Of a DNA stretch of 64,000 bases, positions 35,612 to 49,692 are shown one piece after another. A program made the translations under genes and the position numbers. How positions within the stretch are numbered: position 1 is the first letter of the stretch; every line of letters starts with the position of its first letter. Below the pieces are notes generated by a model that made no database searches, was not told the origin of the DNA, and was given only the letters and a program-made list of their open reading frames with translations. The DNA lies in contig OX597834.1 of the NCBI GenBank assembly GCA_951406725.2, forward strand, positions 24,118,001 to 24,182,000, read 5' to 3'. Source of the stretch: Octopus vulgaris (lineage: Eukaryota).

Positions 35612-37389
35612 ATGACTCTATTTTTGTCGTGACTAATAATGTTATACTGCCGTTTTCCGTATGGCTCTTGTTTCAAGACGATTCTTATGAAATAAGTAAG
35701 AGACAGACAAAGTTTTGGTTCATGTTGAAATTTAGGCTGAGTGGAGAGTCTTAATGACAGAATCTTTAGGTTCGATAAATATCTGATATGTGAATGGCGT
35801 CAAAATTGGTAATCCAAAGCCAAGAAGCTTTCTACGAAAATAGAATCCACTGAAAAGAAAATAAAAGATGGGAAGGAGAAAAGAGGAAAAGAGAATCAGA
35901 TTGAAAATAACAGACACACAAAAAAACAAAACAAAAAAAAAACAAATAAGGGATTGGATGGAGGTGAGAAGAAGGGTAGAAAGGAGGGGGTAGGTGTGGA
36001 GATGTGATCGAAAATATGAAAGAAAAGAATTGACAGCAGAGGAGAGAGAAGAAGAATGGAATTCAGAAAAGTAAGAAAAATGGACAGAGAGAGAGATAGA
36101 GATAGAGAGAGAGAGAGAGAGACAGATAGAGAGAGAAAGAGAGAGAGAGAAGGGGAGAGAGAAACAGAGAGAGAGAGAAGGGGAGAGAAACAGACAGATG
36201 AGGAGAGAAAGAGATTGGGGAGAGAAAGAGAGATAAGGAAGGACAGATATTGATGGAGTCCTGGTAAGTAGGAGAAAGAGAGGGAGAGAGTGAGTGAGAT
36301 AGGAAAGAGAGAATGAGAGAGGAAAGAGAGAATGAGAGAGGAGAGAGAGAGGAAAGAGAGACTATGATAATATATTGTAGGAAAGACTGAAAGACAATGA
36401 TAATGTATTATAAGATAAAAGAGAAACTGAATGTCACAGTGAGAGAGAGAGAGAAGAGAGTGGGGGAGAAAAAGGAGGAAATAAAGATGGGGGGTAAATG
36501 GGGGTAAAACGAAAAGAAAAAGAGAAAAAAAAAATAGAGGATGTATAACAAAGCTTTGAATTTCAGAAGCATGAGAGGCGGTGTGGGGGGTGATGGGGGG
36601 TTGAGTAAGTGAGACAAATTTGGAGATTTCGTATGCAGAACAACACTTCGATCCATAGAAATCGAACATAGATTCCGCTGCGCTGCTGCTACGACGAACA
36701 CTGTTGAAATCGGTAACTCCTCCAAAAAAAAAAAAAAAAAAAGAAATAATAATAATGATGATGATGATGATGATGATGATATAACGCGAGATCTGACCAC
36801 TGCTGCAAAAAAAAAAAATGTATGAAAGAAAAAAAAAACAGAAAAAGAAAGTATTAATCAGAGGATAAGATTAATTCTTTGATCGAACATTTAACCATTA
36901 ATTAAAAACAAAAACCCAAAAGAAACAAAAAAGAACAAAAAAAACAAAAAAACCATCGACCACACACACACGATTTGATGTATATAAAAGAAGGGAAAGC
37001 AGAAAGCACTTATTGACCTCCCCATTTATTTATTTATGTATTTATTTACTTATTTTCACGCCGTTCTTCAAAGAGAAGGAACGGAGAAATAGGCGTCGTC
37101 GGTTTTACCATTATTGGAACTGCGAGTTCGGAGATAAATCTAAGACAACAAACATCGCCTTATAGGAACAACAACAACAATAACAACACCACTCTGAAGG
37201 AATGTGGTTTTTTGTAAAGATGGCATCATCACTATTTGAACTGCTAATTTCTCCGGAATAGAACAAGAAAAAACAACTACAAAAAAATTCCTGAATAAAT
37301 AATAATAATAATAATAATAATAATGATAATAAAGAAGTAATGTTTTTCCAGGAAACGTGTTGAAATTTTCATGCAATGGAGGTACCACC

Positions 37390-37478
37390 ATGGATAGCGA
37401 CTACAGCTGCTTCTCTGGAAGAACAATGACAGTTTACGAAGAAGACAACCCCTCTTGGATTCTTAAAAAAGGAACCGG
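37390..37478 (+). CDS. Candidate first coding exon of an unidentified gene (MDSDYSCFSGRTMTVYEEDNPSWILKKGT...)
   Basis: Acceptor tttttccag|37352, Kozak-like accaccATGG, open frame, donor cgg|gtaatc; non-repetitive island; product not recognised. Confidence 0.45.
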
Positions 37479-37613
37479 GTAATCTTAAGGGCCAGGAGGA
37501 TAAATTTGAGGGCCTCTTTGACATCGCCCATCACCACTCACCACTACAAACAATAACAACACCGTAAAGGAGTGGATTTCTGGGGCTTGTTATTGTTAAC
37601 ACCACACCACACC

Positions 37614-37653
<40 letters not shown>

Positions 37654-37815
37654 ATATATACACACATATATATATACACATATATATACACATATATATA
37701 CACATATATACACATATATACACATATATATACACATATATATATATACACATATATATACACATATATATATATACACATATATATATATACATAGATA
37801 CATATATATATATAC

Positions 37816-37854
<39 letters not shown>

Positions 37855-37860
37855 CGTACC

Positions 37861-37902
<42 letters not shown>

Positions 37903-37922
37903 CACACATACATGTATGTATG
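37614..37922. repeat. (TA)n/(TACA)n compound microsatellite
   Basis: Visible directly in the sequence. Confidence 0.95.
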
Positions 37923-38206
37923 TCATCATTCAGTTTATTTCAAGATTTCTTGCCTATGTATGTATGAATGGATGAATGAATGGAAAGAGACGAGGGAAGA
38001 AGCTGGGCTTTGATGTTCTGTGGAAAATTTGCAGGCTGGCGACGTAAGTAAATGGATAACTCGGAATATTAGCAGATTATTTTTCTGTGGGTGTGTTTTT
38101 TTTCTTTTTTGTCGCTGCATAATTACAACATTGACAACAAAAAGCAATAACAGAAACAACAACAACGTTAATAACAAACAACAACGACGACAATACGCAA
38201 TATCAA

Positions 38207-38311
38207 TACCTATTTCTTTATTACCCAGAAGGGGCTAAACACAGAGGGGACAAACAAGGACAGACATAGGTATTAAGTCGATTACATCGACCCCAGTGCG
38301 TAACTGGTACT
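38207..38311 (-). mobile_element. Family B SINE 3' fragment
   Basis: cctatttctttattaccca...gtaactggtact. Confidence 0.85.
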
Positions 38312-38740
38312 ACCACCATCATCATCATCATCGTCATCGTCATCATCATCATCGTCATCAACAATTATATCAATAACATTAACCACGTTAATAACAACAA
38401 GACAATCATTAACAACAACAACCTTAGTAATAACGGTAACGACATTAATAACGTTATCATCAACACCAACAACAACAATATTAACAACAACAAGATTAAT
38501 AATAACATCAACATCAACAACAACAATATTAATAACAACAGCAACATTATCACCAACAACAACAACAATATTAATAACAACAGCAACATTATCACCAACA
38601 ACAACAACAACAACATTATCACCAACAACAGCAATATTAACAACAACAACAACAACAATAACGTTAACAACAAGATTAATAATAACATCAACAACAACAC
38701 CGCCATCAATATTAACCAGCAACAAGTTATAAACAATCAA
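38312..38740. repeat. (CAT)n then (AAC)n-rich cryptic repeat
   Basis: Visible directly; includes a ~42-bp internal duplication. Confidence 0.88.
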
Positions 38741-39025
38741 CACCTACGGGTTTGGGTTTACGACGGGGGGAAGCGGCCTTATGTAGTTATTTGATCTGCT
38801 AGAAATAGCAGCTAAGTTCCCTCTGATAACACATTAACAGCATTCACCTCTTGCACCGCTGCCGCCGCCACCATCGTCACCACAATCCATAACAACAACA
38901 ACAACAACAACATCAATAGCAGTATCATTGAGAAGAACAAAATCCTCTTCTGCCTTCGCCTCCTCTTCACCACCAACATCAACATTAGCACCACCACCAC
39001 CAACAACAACACTACAGTATTGATA

Positions 39026-39151
39026 TACTCTCTTTACTCTTTTACTTGTTTCAGTCATTTGACTGCGGCCATGCTGGAGCACCGCCTTTAATCGAGCAAC
39101 TCGACCCCGGGACTTATTCTTTTGTAAGCCCAGTACTTATTCTATCGGTCT
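39026..39151 (-). mobile_element. Family A SINE 3' fragment
   Basis: Tail of family A; actacagtattgatata on both flanks. Confidence 0.88.
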
Positions 39152-39634
39152 GATATACTACAGTATTGATATAATCAGGAAGGAAAAAACAATACAAGGT
39201 ATAAGAGTCTGTCCCATCCCTCAAAAACGAAAAGAAAAATAAACAAAACACCCGTTACATCACTTGTAACGTTTAAACATCATCTTAAACAACATAACGA
39301 GAGTATCTCTATGTATGTGGTAATTTGATCTGCTAGAAGTAGCAACCAAATCTCCCTCAATTCACACACCTTTCAGTTTTGTGAGTGTGCGTGCGTGTGG
39401 GTGGGGCATTCGACAGGTTCAAACGAAGCCCTCGTTACATTGGAAAACACCATGGAAATACAATAATATTAATAATAACAATAATAATAATATTAATAAT
39501 AATAATAATAATAATTAATAATAGCTATTATTGTAACTGTTGTTATTTTCTAACACACATTTGTGTGTGTGTGTGGATCCATTTTCATAACTGATAATTC
39601 CCATTTACCCTCAGTTCTACGCGAAACATATCCC

Positions 39635-39665
<31 letters not shown>

Positions 39666-40212
39666 TGGAATTGTCACGGTTGGAAAGCTTATGATTACAA
39701 TAAAATAAATCTGCTCCGTCAGATCTGAATCTGATCTGGTGGTGGAGGTCTAAAGTGCAGCAACACCACCACCATCTCCAACAACAACAACAACAACAAC
39801 AAAAGCAACATTCATTCACTTTATATAAAAAAAAAAAAATCCCACGGAAACGATACGTCATACATAATAAAAACACCAGCGATGATGACGGCACCGTAAT
39901 TGCAATTATCATTGTCATCACCATCACATCTGTTACATCGCCAAACATCAATAGCAATAACAACACTAACAGACGTAACCGACATCAATGCAACGGTAAC
40001 ACCACCACCAATACCACCACCTGTACTTCTATACTTTTAGACTACGCTGTCAACCAACAGACGACAGCAACTACAACAACAACAACAACAACACCATAGT
40101 GATAGCTACCTGCTTGTCTCACCTATATACCTACATACCTGTATAAACCTAGCTTCTACTCTCCCTTCATCTTTACATTCGCAGAAACATTTTCACAGCC
40201 CTGTCGATAAAT

Positions 40213-40293
40213 TCTATCTATCTATCTATCTACATACCTACCTACCTGTTTGTCTGTCTGTCTACCTATCTATCTACCTACCTACCTACCTAC

Positions 40294-40324
<31 letters not shown>

Positions 40325-40509
40325 CCTACCTACCTGTCTATCTATCTATTTATCTATCTATCTATCTACCTACCTATCTACCTACCTACCTACCTACCTA
40401 TCTACCTACCCACCTATCTACCTACCTACCTATCTACCTACCTACCTATCTATCTACCTACCTATATATCTATCTATCTACCTACCAACCTACCTACCTA
40501 CCTACCTAA

Positions 40510-40570
<61 letters not shown>
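40213..40570. repeat. (TATC)n/(TACC)n tetranucleotide array
   Basis: Visible directly; similar array at 43753-43930. Confidence 0.95.
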
Positions 40571-40571
<1 letters not shown>

Positions 40572-41062
40572 CGCTTTTTGACCGCCTGTCTACCAATCTG
40601 TCGTTCTTGATTTCAACCAGGTTTAGAAAGAAGTGCGCGCGTATGAGAGAGGGAGAGAGAGAGACAGACAGATACAGAGATACAAGTAAACAGACAAGCG
40701 CAATGTGTGTTTGTGTATATTTGTATATACGTGCCTGTGTGAATCTATGAATGAATATTCATGCAGTCGAGTAAATGTGTGTTAGCGCTCAAAACGTATA
40801 AGAAGCTCTGAGATGACACACCAGTCGTAAACGCAGGCAAACACACAATTGTAGAATGATTTGAACCATTTACCCCTACACATTTTTTTTCTCTCACGTT
40901 TGTGTTTTCGCTCTCCATTTTTTTTGTTCTCTCAATCCTTTCTGTCAAAGAGCGAAGGTCCGAAACGTCGAAGACTTTCCCATCCTTCCCGAGTGTTAAA
41001 CTAATACAATTGCTTGTTGTTCCCTCATCTGTCTTCGTCTTTTGTTTCCTATAAATTTGAAC

Positions 41063-41132
<70 letters not shown>

Positions 41133-41292
41133 TACACAATATGAATATATAACAATGTATATTAGATATGTAATATATATATAAATGCATAATATCATAT
41201 ACACATATAATATTATATATATATATGCGTGTGTATGTCAGGTGTAGGGAGTTAGTAAGTATAAAAAACCTTTATTTAACTAAGTTATCTTC

Positions 41293-41375
41293 GGCCTGAT
41301 GAGTAGCTAGCGTGAACCCCTCGTTGAGTAATTATTACTTACGAGGTTTTGATAGCTAGGAAGCAATATGTAGCC
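41293..41375 (+). ncRNA. Degenerate hammerhead-ribozyme-like motif
   Basis: ggc-CTGATGA-long stem II (tagcta/tagcta, cctcgt/acgagg, agtaat/attact)-GAAG-c-aatat-GTA-gcc; two deviations from consensus. Confidence 0.45.
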
Positions 41376-41401
41376 TTCATTTTACCTGCTCCATTCCCTC
41401 A

Positions 41402-41456
<55 letters not shown>

Positions 41457-41474
41457 CATATATATACATATATT

Positions 41475-41536
<62 letters not shown>

Positions 41537-41761
41537 CATATATACATACATGCACACACACACACGTATACTTTTATTAGGGTGAGAGAATACTACAAAA
41601 TTATTTGTTGTTCGCCTTAGGTTTTCTGTTAAATCACCTAGGTACGAAACTCTGGACCCTTGAAAAAAACCTAGTAACCTTTGTAATATTCACACCTAAT
41701 TAAACGCCACAAGTGCTCTGCTTTATATTATCAAGTACTCTTTTCCACCTTTTGTAAAAAT

Positions 41762-41814
<53 letters not shown>

Positions 41815-42569
41815 GTGCGCGTGTCTACAAGGGAAAATAGAATACACGCAACTAAAAATCAGGGTGTCAAATTTTTGTAACTCTGAGTTTCAGGTTTCAC
41901 AAGACGCCAAGTGTAATACGAACCATTGTAAAGTAGAACCAACTTATCGTGATCACTTTGTCCCTTTGGGACAATTTTAAATCGCTAGAACCGGCCGGTG
42001 ACATTAAGCAGAAAATGTAGCTTTATCGTCGTCAGAGTATTTGGAACTCGTTAATTTTGATAATAATATCATCCTCTATTACAATAACCGTCTGCCACTT
42101 CACACACATTCTTAAAACAATATATACAGACAAGGACACGCCCATAATCATGCGTTGATATATTCATAGATACGGAAATATCGAAGTTTATATAACAGGA
42201 AACTACATTCACAACACACGCATATTCACACATACACACACACACACGTACACATACACATATATCCATACAAAGCAAGCAACAGGTCACACCCGGGAAG
42301 TCTAAATATTGACATATTTGACATATATGTATGTTTGTATGTATATATGTGTGTGTGTGTGTTTGTGTGCGCATAGATAAGCATGTATATACATAAATTT
42401 TCATAAATATATATATACATATAAGTTGTATGTGTGTGGATATATATATATATACACTAGCACAATATATACTCTGTATATGCAACACAATGTATATAAG
42501 ATTATAATACTCATAGACATAAGAGACGAGACAGACTGGCAGCTAACTAGATAGACAGATAGATACAGA

Positions 42570-42606
<37 letters not shown>

Positions 42607-43767
42607 GATAGATAGATAGATAGATAGATAAATAGATAAATAGATAGACAAAAGTATGAACAAGTGACTTATTTTATTTTTCAAATCTCCATAGCTACAT
42701 AAAAATTTAATGTATACTCAAGAATGACATTAAACCAGTGAAGAAACAAACTTCGACACGTAATCATCTACACACGTTTTAAGCATTATCCCCACCACAA
42801 CCATTAAACAGTGAAAACCCGCTTTTTTTTCTCTCTCTCTGAATCACCTCAGTGGTAGAGTTGATCTTTTCCTTTAATTACCTGGCCTTCATTGAAACAC
42901 AAACTTTGCCTTCACTCACAGATGTAACAAAAATTAAATACACACCTACCCGCCAAGCTCTTAAGTAAAATAAACAATTCTATAGCCTTTAATCACAGTT
43001 TATAAAGTGACTGAGATAGTTTTTTCTTTTTGGCGGAGCACTAAAGTTTAGATTGCATTGAACTTATCGCAATTTTGTTAGGGAGAACAGCAAATTTTAT
43101 TATCATTATTAATATTATTTTCGTTTCTTTATTTTTTCTGTTTTACTTTTTTTTTTTTACTTAGAATTTCCCTTTTTGCTTAGAATTTCTCGTTTTACAA
43201 TAAGACTGCAAAATATATGCCTTTTTGAATATTAGCTAGCTTTGTTAATATATTGCTTGCAGAAAAACTTATCCACTATATATATATATAATTTTACACT
43301 ATATAACATACATACGCACACACACACACACGTACATATATATCCAGGTTTAAATTTCGTGTTAAAAATTGTTACTCTCGGAATGTTATATATACACCGC
43401 TGTCAATGATACATATTTAAAGGAGATATACATACATATTATACATATATATACACACATGTACAGACATATATGCATATATATTATTATATAATATCTA
43501 TATCTATATGTATATATATATATACACACACACACACGTGATACTGTCTTGAGACAGTGTCCCCCACTTGAAAAAAAGAACGACCATTACTTTAATAAAA
43601 TTTATTAATCCTGTCACCCAGAAGACTTCCACAACTAAACGTCACGACATTTTTCTATTTTCTTTTCTTCTTGCCCTTGTACGCACGCGCGCACAGCAGA
43701 CAGCAGACATACACACCCAGTCTTCCAAATATATCTGACATCTCTCTCTTCTTATCTATCTATCTAC

Positions 43768-43834
<67 letters not shown>

Positions 43835-43871
43835 CCTACCTACCTACCTACCTACCTACCTACCTACCTAC

Positions 43872-43909
<38 letters not shown>

Positions 43910-44063
43910 GTCTGTCTGTCTGTCTGTCTATGCATGTATGAACTCTGACATACATGTACCCATATAGTGAAACTATCAAAAGTTTATAAATAAATTTCAC
44001 AAACTCGCACTTTATTTTTCTTTTTATTTCAAACCATTAAATAAAATAAGACTTTCTCTCTCT

Positions 44064-44134
<71 letters not shown>

Positions 44135-44252
44135 GCGGTGCCCCAGCATGGCCATGGCCACAGCTCATGAGCTGAAACCGGTTCAATTCAATTGAATATT
44201 GTATAATATACATATAAATCATGTATGATATACATTCATAGACATATAATAC

Positions 44253-44300
<48 letters not shown>

Positions 44301-44642
44301 CTGTGTATGTATCTGTGTATGTATGTATGTATGTATACACATACACGCACATACACACATAAGCATAAAAATACAAAGGAAAATCACTCCCGCACCAATC
44401 TCATTCTTTCTGAACTTAATGTAACCTAAACCTAAGAAGCCAAACTAGTTTACATCATAAAGAACAAAACATTACACGCACACTAGGCACATACGCGCTC
44501 GCGCGCACACATACACACCTGTATGTATGTATATATATGTTGAAGGAGTGTTTTTTTGCTATTAACGGACTGTGTTGGCTCTGTGTGGCGTGAGCGTGCG
44601 TCTGTCTCCTTCATTGACAGCCAAGTGTTTGAGGCAGAAAAA

Positions 44643-44675
44643 ATGTCAGCGGTATACAAGGCAAAGTTTGACCAG
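44643..44675 (+). CDS. Candidate short first coding exon (MSAVYKAKFDQ)
   Basis: aaaATG start, 11 open codons, strong donor CAG|gtgaga; CpG-retaining unique sequence upstream. Confidence 0.45.
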
Positions 44676-46548
44676 GTGAGACTTTTCAATTCCACTTAAA
44701 AGCCTCATTGTAAATACTTCGTTATAGTGTGTATATGTGTGTGTGTGTATAAAAGCTCCAATTTTTTAAACATTTTTACTAACCCCAGTACTAATTTTAT
44801 AGGTTTTGTTTTTTTAAAATCCTAACAAAATATCGAGGTTTCTTGGTTTAGGACGGTATATGCAGAAAATAATATAATACTTATAACAACTGATAATATC
44901 ATCATTATTATTACTATTATTATATTTAATAATAATAATAATAATTTTGGCTTAGTTTGTTTCTTACAAAAACAACATATGAACAAGTTGAAACACTTCG
45001 GCAAATCAAGCACACCTCCAAACTCATATCTCTATATATACTGACACTCACTTTCTCATATGTATATATATAATCATACTCACCCACCCCTCTCTCTCTC
45101 TCTCTCTCTCATACTATCTTTATATACGGCTCCTTATATTTTCTACATATACTCATATTAAGACACATACACACATACCTATATACTGTGCTATCTACCT
45201 TCCCTTTCCAAACCATTTCCTATAATTGCTATAATTACAGGTACCAGCTATCACCATATTTTCCCAACTGTCTATCCATATAATTAAAATCATTAATTAT
45301 ACGATCTCACCCTCACCCACCCCGTGTGTATGTGTGCGTAATTATACACACACACACACACACACGCGCGCGCGTACATATATATATAATTACATGCACA
45401 CCTGATCTCATTATAAAATGAAGTTGATGATTTCATTATTTAAAAACAAAACACGACAGACAATGAGGACAAACTATGGGCCAACAGACAATTGATTGAA
45501 AGTTGGTGTTAAGGAGGGAAAACGTGAAGTTAGATTCATTTTCAACCTAAAGATTTACTCTAGCTCATCTCGTCTGGCCTAGGAAAAAAAAACCTTATAA
45601 TTAATCTTACATAATTCCTTTTAAGATTGTGTATGTTTGCAGGGCAAAGTTCGTCTTAATCCTTCTTTTTGAATAAGATTAATAGTCAGTGTGTATGTGT
45701 GTGTATTTACTGATTAAAATATCTTGGTTTTTATCAACACGAGAGGAAAGGGGGGAAAAATAAGGGATAAAATATATAAAAAACTGTAAAAAGGAAAAAC
45801 AATACAAACATATATATACACCCACCCAAAGATAACGATTTATCGCTGTGTTGAGTGATTCCCAAAAAGTTGGTACATGAAACCATCCAGACCTTCGGGG
45901 GACAGTCAAAGCTAAAGCAACAGGTGTGTTGTTTCTTTGCTCTGCATTTTTTGTGGTCGGACAGAGAGGCCTTCTTTAATCTTCATATACAAACATTGTT
46001 CTTTACTTGAAGGTCGGTGTTAGAACTAATTTGTTGCTCAATTTTAAAGCTAACATTGCCAGCCTGCATGTGTGGTGTATATATGTATATATATATATAT
46101 ACAGATACATTTATACATACATTTACTGCTATATCCATGGATGTGTTCTTTTTGAAACAAGATAAAACTTTTATATCTAGGTGGTTACATTAATCACGAT
46201 CTAATATTAACAAATACCTAGAAAAAAGAAATTCTTTATCGTTTCTTTTTTCTTATCTAAAAAAAAAACAAAAACTTCAAAGAACGAAACCTTATCGAGG
46301 ACCACATTTAAAAGAAAGTTTTAACGAAATAACAGGATATCCTTTGCGGTTTGCTTGTTCTTGTCTACCCCTTAGGATTTGATTCCGTTCTGTTGTTTCT
46401 GCAATTACCATACTTTTTTTTATTACCTGGTCACTCAAGAGGACCTTTATTCCAAACTATAAAGAAATCACTTCTTCTGTAAGTATATATAATATAATAT
46501 ATGTAATGTATATACTGTATGATCTTTTATAATTTTTATTATTTAATG

Positions 46549-46805
46549 CAATGGTTCCTAACCTTTTCTATGCCTCGTACCACCCCTAAGAAATATTTGA
46601 TTAATTTTCGACTTCCTCCTATAAAAGAAATTACCACAATTTTCTTAATTACTAATTTATTTAATTTGAACCACAATCAGTATTGTGGAATTTAAGTTCT
46701 TGATGGGCTGAATAATCCGGCTATTTTGAAAACAAAGCTAATAATTTCGTTTTGAAAAGTGATGTTTCGCCTTTAGGAAAGAAACATTGCCGCAATTTAA
46801 ATATG

Positions 46806-46859
<54 letters not shown>

Positions 46860-46894
46860 TCCAGGTGCCGGCATTCTAGGTTGGGGAACCATTG
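46549..46894. mobile_element. hAT-type MITE
   Basis: caatggttcctaacc / ggttggggaaccattg termini. Confidence 0.7.
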
Positions 46895-47568
46895 TTTTTA
46901 ATATGCAGAAAAGAAAAAGTTAACTGTTGATAATCCATTTAACTTCTCTTGATATCAAAGTAGACTATGAGTGTAAAAAGAAACGAAAGTTACCCTGGAG
47001 TATAATTAATTTATTTTCAGAGACAAGTCATATTTATTAAATATTTTGTTATATAAACATTTGTGTGTGTCAGTGAGTGAGTGAACGAGAGAGAGAGAGA
47101 GAGAGAGATTGTGTGTTGGCAACAAGATCTATGAGAGGGGAATACGGAGAGTACGTCGTAATTGGGGTCAAGAATTTCGTTAATATCAAAGCCTCTGATG
47201 AAATACTTTGTGTTGTTTAATCCCTGCACCTTATGTTCTGTATTCAAATCCTACCGAGGTCAACCTCGTCTTTCCATCCAAGGTCAATAAAACTAAAGTA
47301 CGAGATCAGAGTACGGGTGGACTGGCAGGACAATTAGAACGTCAGACCGGCTGCCTTGTGATATTTGCTCCAAGTCTTCATGTTCCGAGTTCAAATTCTG
47401 TTGTGCCATACCCAGGGTGTGTAGGCTTATTCCGAAACCATTGATCATTGTGGACCTTTCGTGGCTTCCCCTCTGTTGCAAGCATTTGGGCCAGATTTCT
47501 GGTTTGTAGACCCTGTAAAAGGATGTGCTCAAAATCTTCACTACTAACTAAGACATCTTACACGCACG

Positions 47569-47600
<32 letters not shown>

Positions 47601-47767
47601 GGCACAGGAGTGGCTGTGTGGTAAGAAGCTTGCTTCCCAACCACATGGTCTTGGGTTCAGTCCCACTGCGAGACACTTTGAGCAGGTGACTTCTACTATA
47701 GCCTTAGGCCAACCAAAGCCTTGTGAGTGGATTTGGTAGTCGGAAACTGAAAGAAGCCCGTCGTGTG

Positions 47768-47800
<33 letters not shown>

Positions 47801-48120
47801 GTCTCTGTGTTTGACTCCCCACCACCATCACTTGACAACCGATGCTGGTGTGTTTACGTCCCCGTAACTTAGCAGTTTGGTGAAAGACACCAATTGAATA
47901 AGTACTACTAGACTTACAAAGAATAAGTCCTGGGGTCAATTTGTTCGACTAAAGGCAGTGCTCCGGCATGGCCGCAGTCAAATGACTGAAACAAGTGAAA
48001 GAATAAAAAGCATAAAAGAATATGATGGGCTTCTTTCAGTTTCTGTCTACCAAATCCACTCACAAGGCTTGGCCAAGGTGCCACGTTTTGGGACTGAACC
48101 AAGAACCATGTGGTTGGGAA
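47601..48120 (+). mobile_element. Family A SINE (older variant) followed by an inverted family A fragment
   Basis: Head at 47601, tail near 48010; 48024-48120 is a minus-strand 5' piece. Confidence 0.88.
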
Positions 48121-48334
48121 TCAACCTTCTAATCCTGAATCTAGGAAGTTAAAAGTTATGGCTGGCCATAGAGTGATCATATATACACTTGCACACGCAC
48201 ACACACACACACACACACTCTCACGCACTCACACACACACTCACACATACGTTTATTGATGATTAACATTCACAGAAGTGAAGGGAACAAACAAACTTAC
48301 CACACACACATCTATCACACACACACACACATAC

Positions 48335-48389
<55 letters not shown>

Positions 48390-48709
48390 TGTATATGTAT
48401 ATACAGACTTATATATAGATATATTTACATTAAACAAATATGTACAGAAAAAATTATGTCTTTATTATAGATCTGACCCTATAAAGCCAACAATTGTTTC
48501 TATTGCATTAATGCACTCTCACACACACATACATGCACACACGCACATATATACACACACACACACATTTACTGTGTAGGAAGCCTGCTGCTACACAATA
48601 TTCAGTGTTATTTCTGTCATTTGTAATTACATAAATACAATTGCATATATAATGTGTGTGTGTTTGTGTGTATATCTATGTATGTGTCTGTGTGTGTGTA
48701 TATGTGTGT

Positions 48710-48930
48710 CATCATCATCATCATCATCTAACATCTGTTTCCACTGCCAGCATAGGTTGGATGGCTTGACAGTAGTTGGCTAGTGGGAGAACTGTTCCAA
48801 CTCCATTTGTCTGTTTTAGCATGATCTCTATGGCTGGATGCCCTTCCGAACACCAACCACTTTACAGAGTGTGCTAGATGCTGTGTATATTCCACCAGCA
48901 CCAGTGCATTTTATGTGGCACCAGCATTGT
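48710..48930 (-). mobile_element. Degenerate family C retroposon
   Basis: (cat)n followed by ggctggatgcccttcc..caccaaccac. Confidence 0.75.
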
Positions 48931-49039
48931 GTGATTAGCTTGACACCTCTTCTGTAGTTCAGCAAATTGCTACAACTCCTGGTTCCTTGTCATTTGCTCA
49001 GTGAGGCCCAGCGTCTGAAGACTTTTTCTCACCATCTAT

Positions 49040-49390
49040 ATAGTTAAGTTAAGTTAATTTTTTGGCTCAAAAAGCAAAAAGCAAGGCCATGTAGGGGGAC
49101 ATGGAGTTATGTACAGGGTGGTGTTCATGCAAAGAGTTCAGGCCATTTGTGGTCAAGGGAGACTTTGAACCGAGCAGTCGTCGGCAACTATCTCGTCTGG
49201 CAGCTTATTCCACGGATCTGCAACCCGGACGGAGAAAGCCCCTCTCCTTTGATTGAAATGAAATCGTCGCAGATAGAGCTTTTTGGAGTGACCCCGCAGC
49301 CGACGCTCTGGAGCAGGAGTGAAGAACAGCTCTTTCGAGAGGTTACACTGTCCGCTTATGATGTTGTGAGCAAGAATGAGATCTGTGTGT
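49040..49390 (-). mobile_element. CR1-type LINE 3' end
   Basis: RLRGHSKKL....RRGAFSVRVADPWNKLPDEIV, then 3' UTR ending in (ttaac)n on minus. Confidence 0.85.
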
Positions 49391-49391
49391 G

Positions 49392-49692
49392 GAGGCGCAA
49401 TGGCCCAGTGGTTAGGGCAGCAGACTCGCGGTTGTAGGATCACGGTTTTGATTCCCAGACCGGGCGTTGAGAGTGTTTGAGTGAAAACACCTAAAGCTCC
49501 ACGAGGCTCCGGCAGGGGGTGGTGGCGATCCTTGCTGTACTCTTTCACCACTCTTTCTCTCACTCTTTCTTATGTTGGCCTGCTCGCTTAGCCAGCAGGG
49601 TGGCATCATTTGAAGGCTAAAACAATGCGAAGCACATTGTGACCAACGATGTGTAGCAACATCTGATAGCCTGGTCGGTCACGTGATCACGC
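49392..49692 (+). mobile_element. Family D tRNA-derived SINE
   Basis: tggcccagtggttagggc A box, ggttttgattccc B box; 5' half homologous to 5772. Confidence 0.85.

Noticed and set aside
35896-36669. 257-aa Leu/Ser/Phe-rich ORF, and the many YIYI/VCVC/ERER ORFs elsewhere
   Set aside because: Translations of purine tracts and dinucleotide microsatellites
40935-40980. caaaga-gcgaaggtcc-GAAACGTC, resembling a Penelope minimal hammerhead
   Set aside because: CUGANGA core is not present; at most a dead remnant
42570-42650. (TCTA)n(TAGA)n hairpin
   Set aside because: Simple microsatellite inversion, common in such genomes
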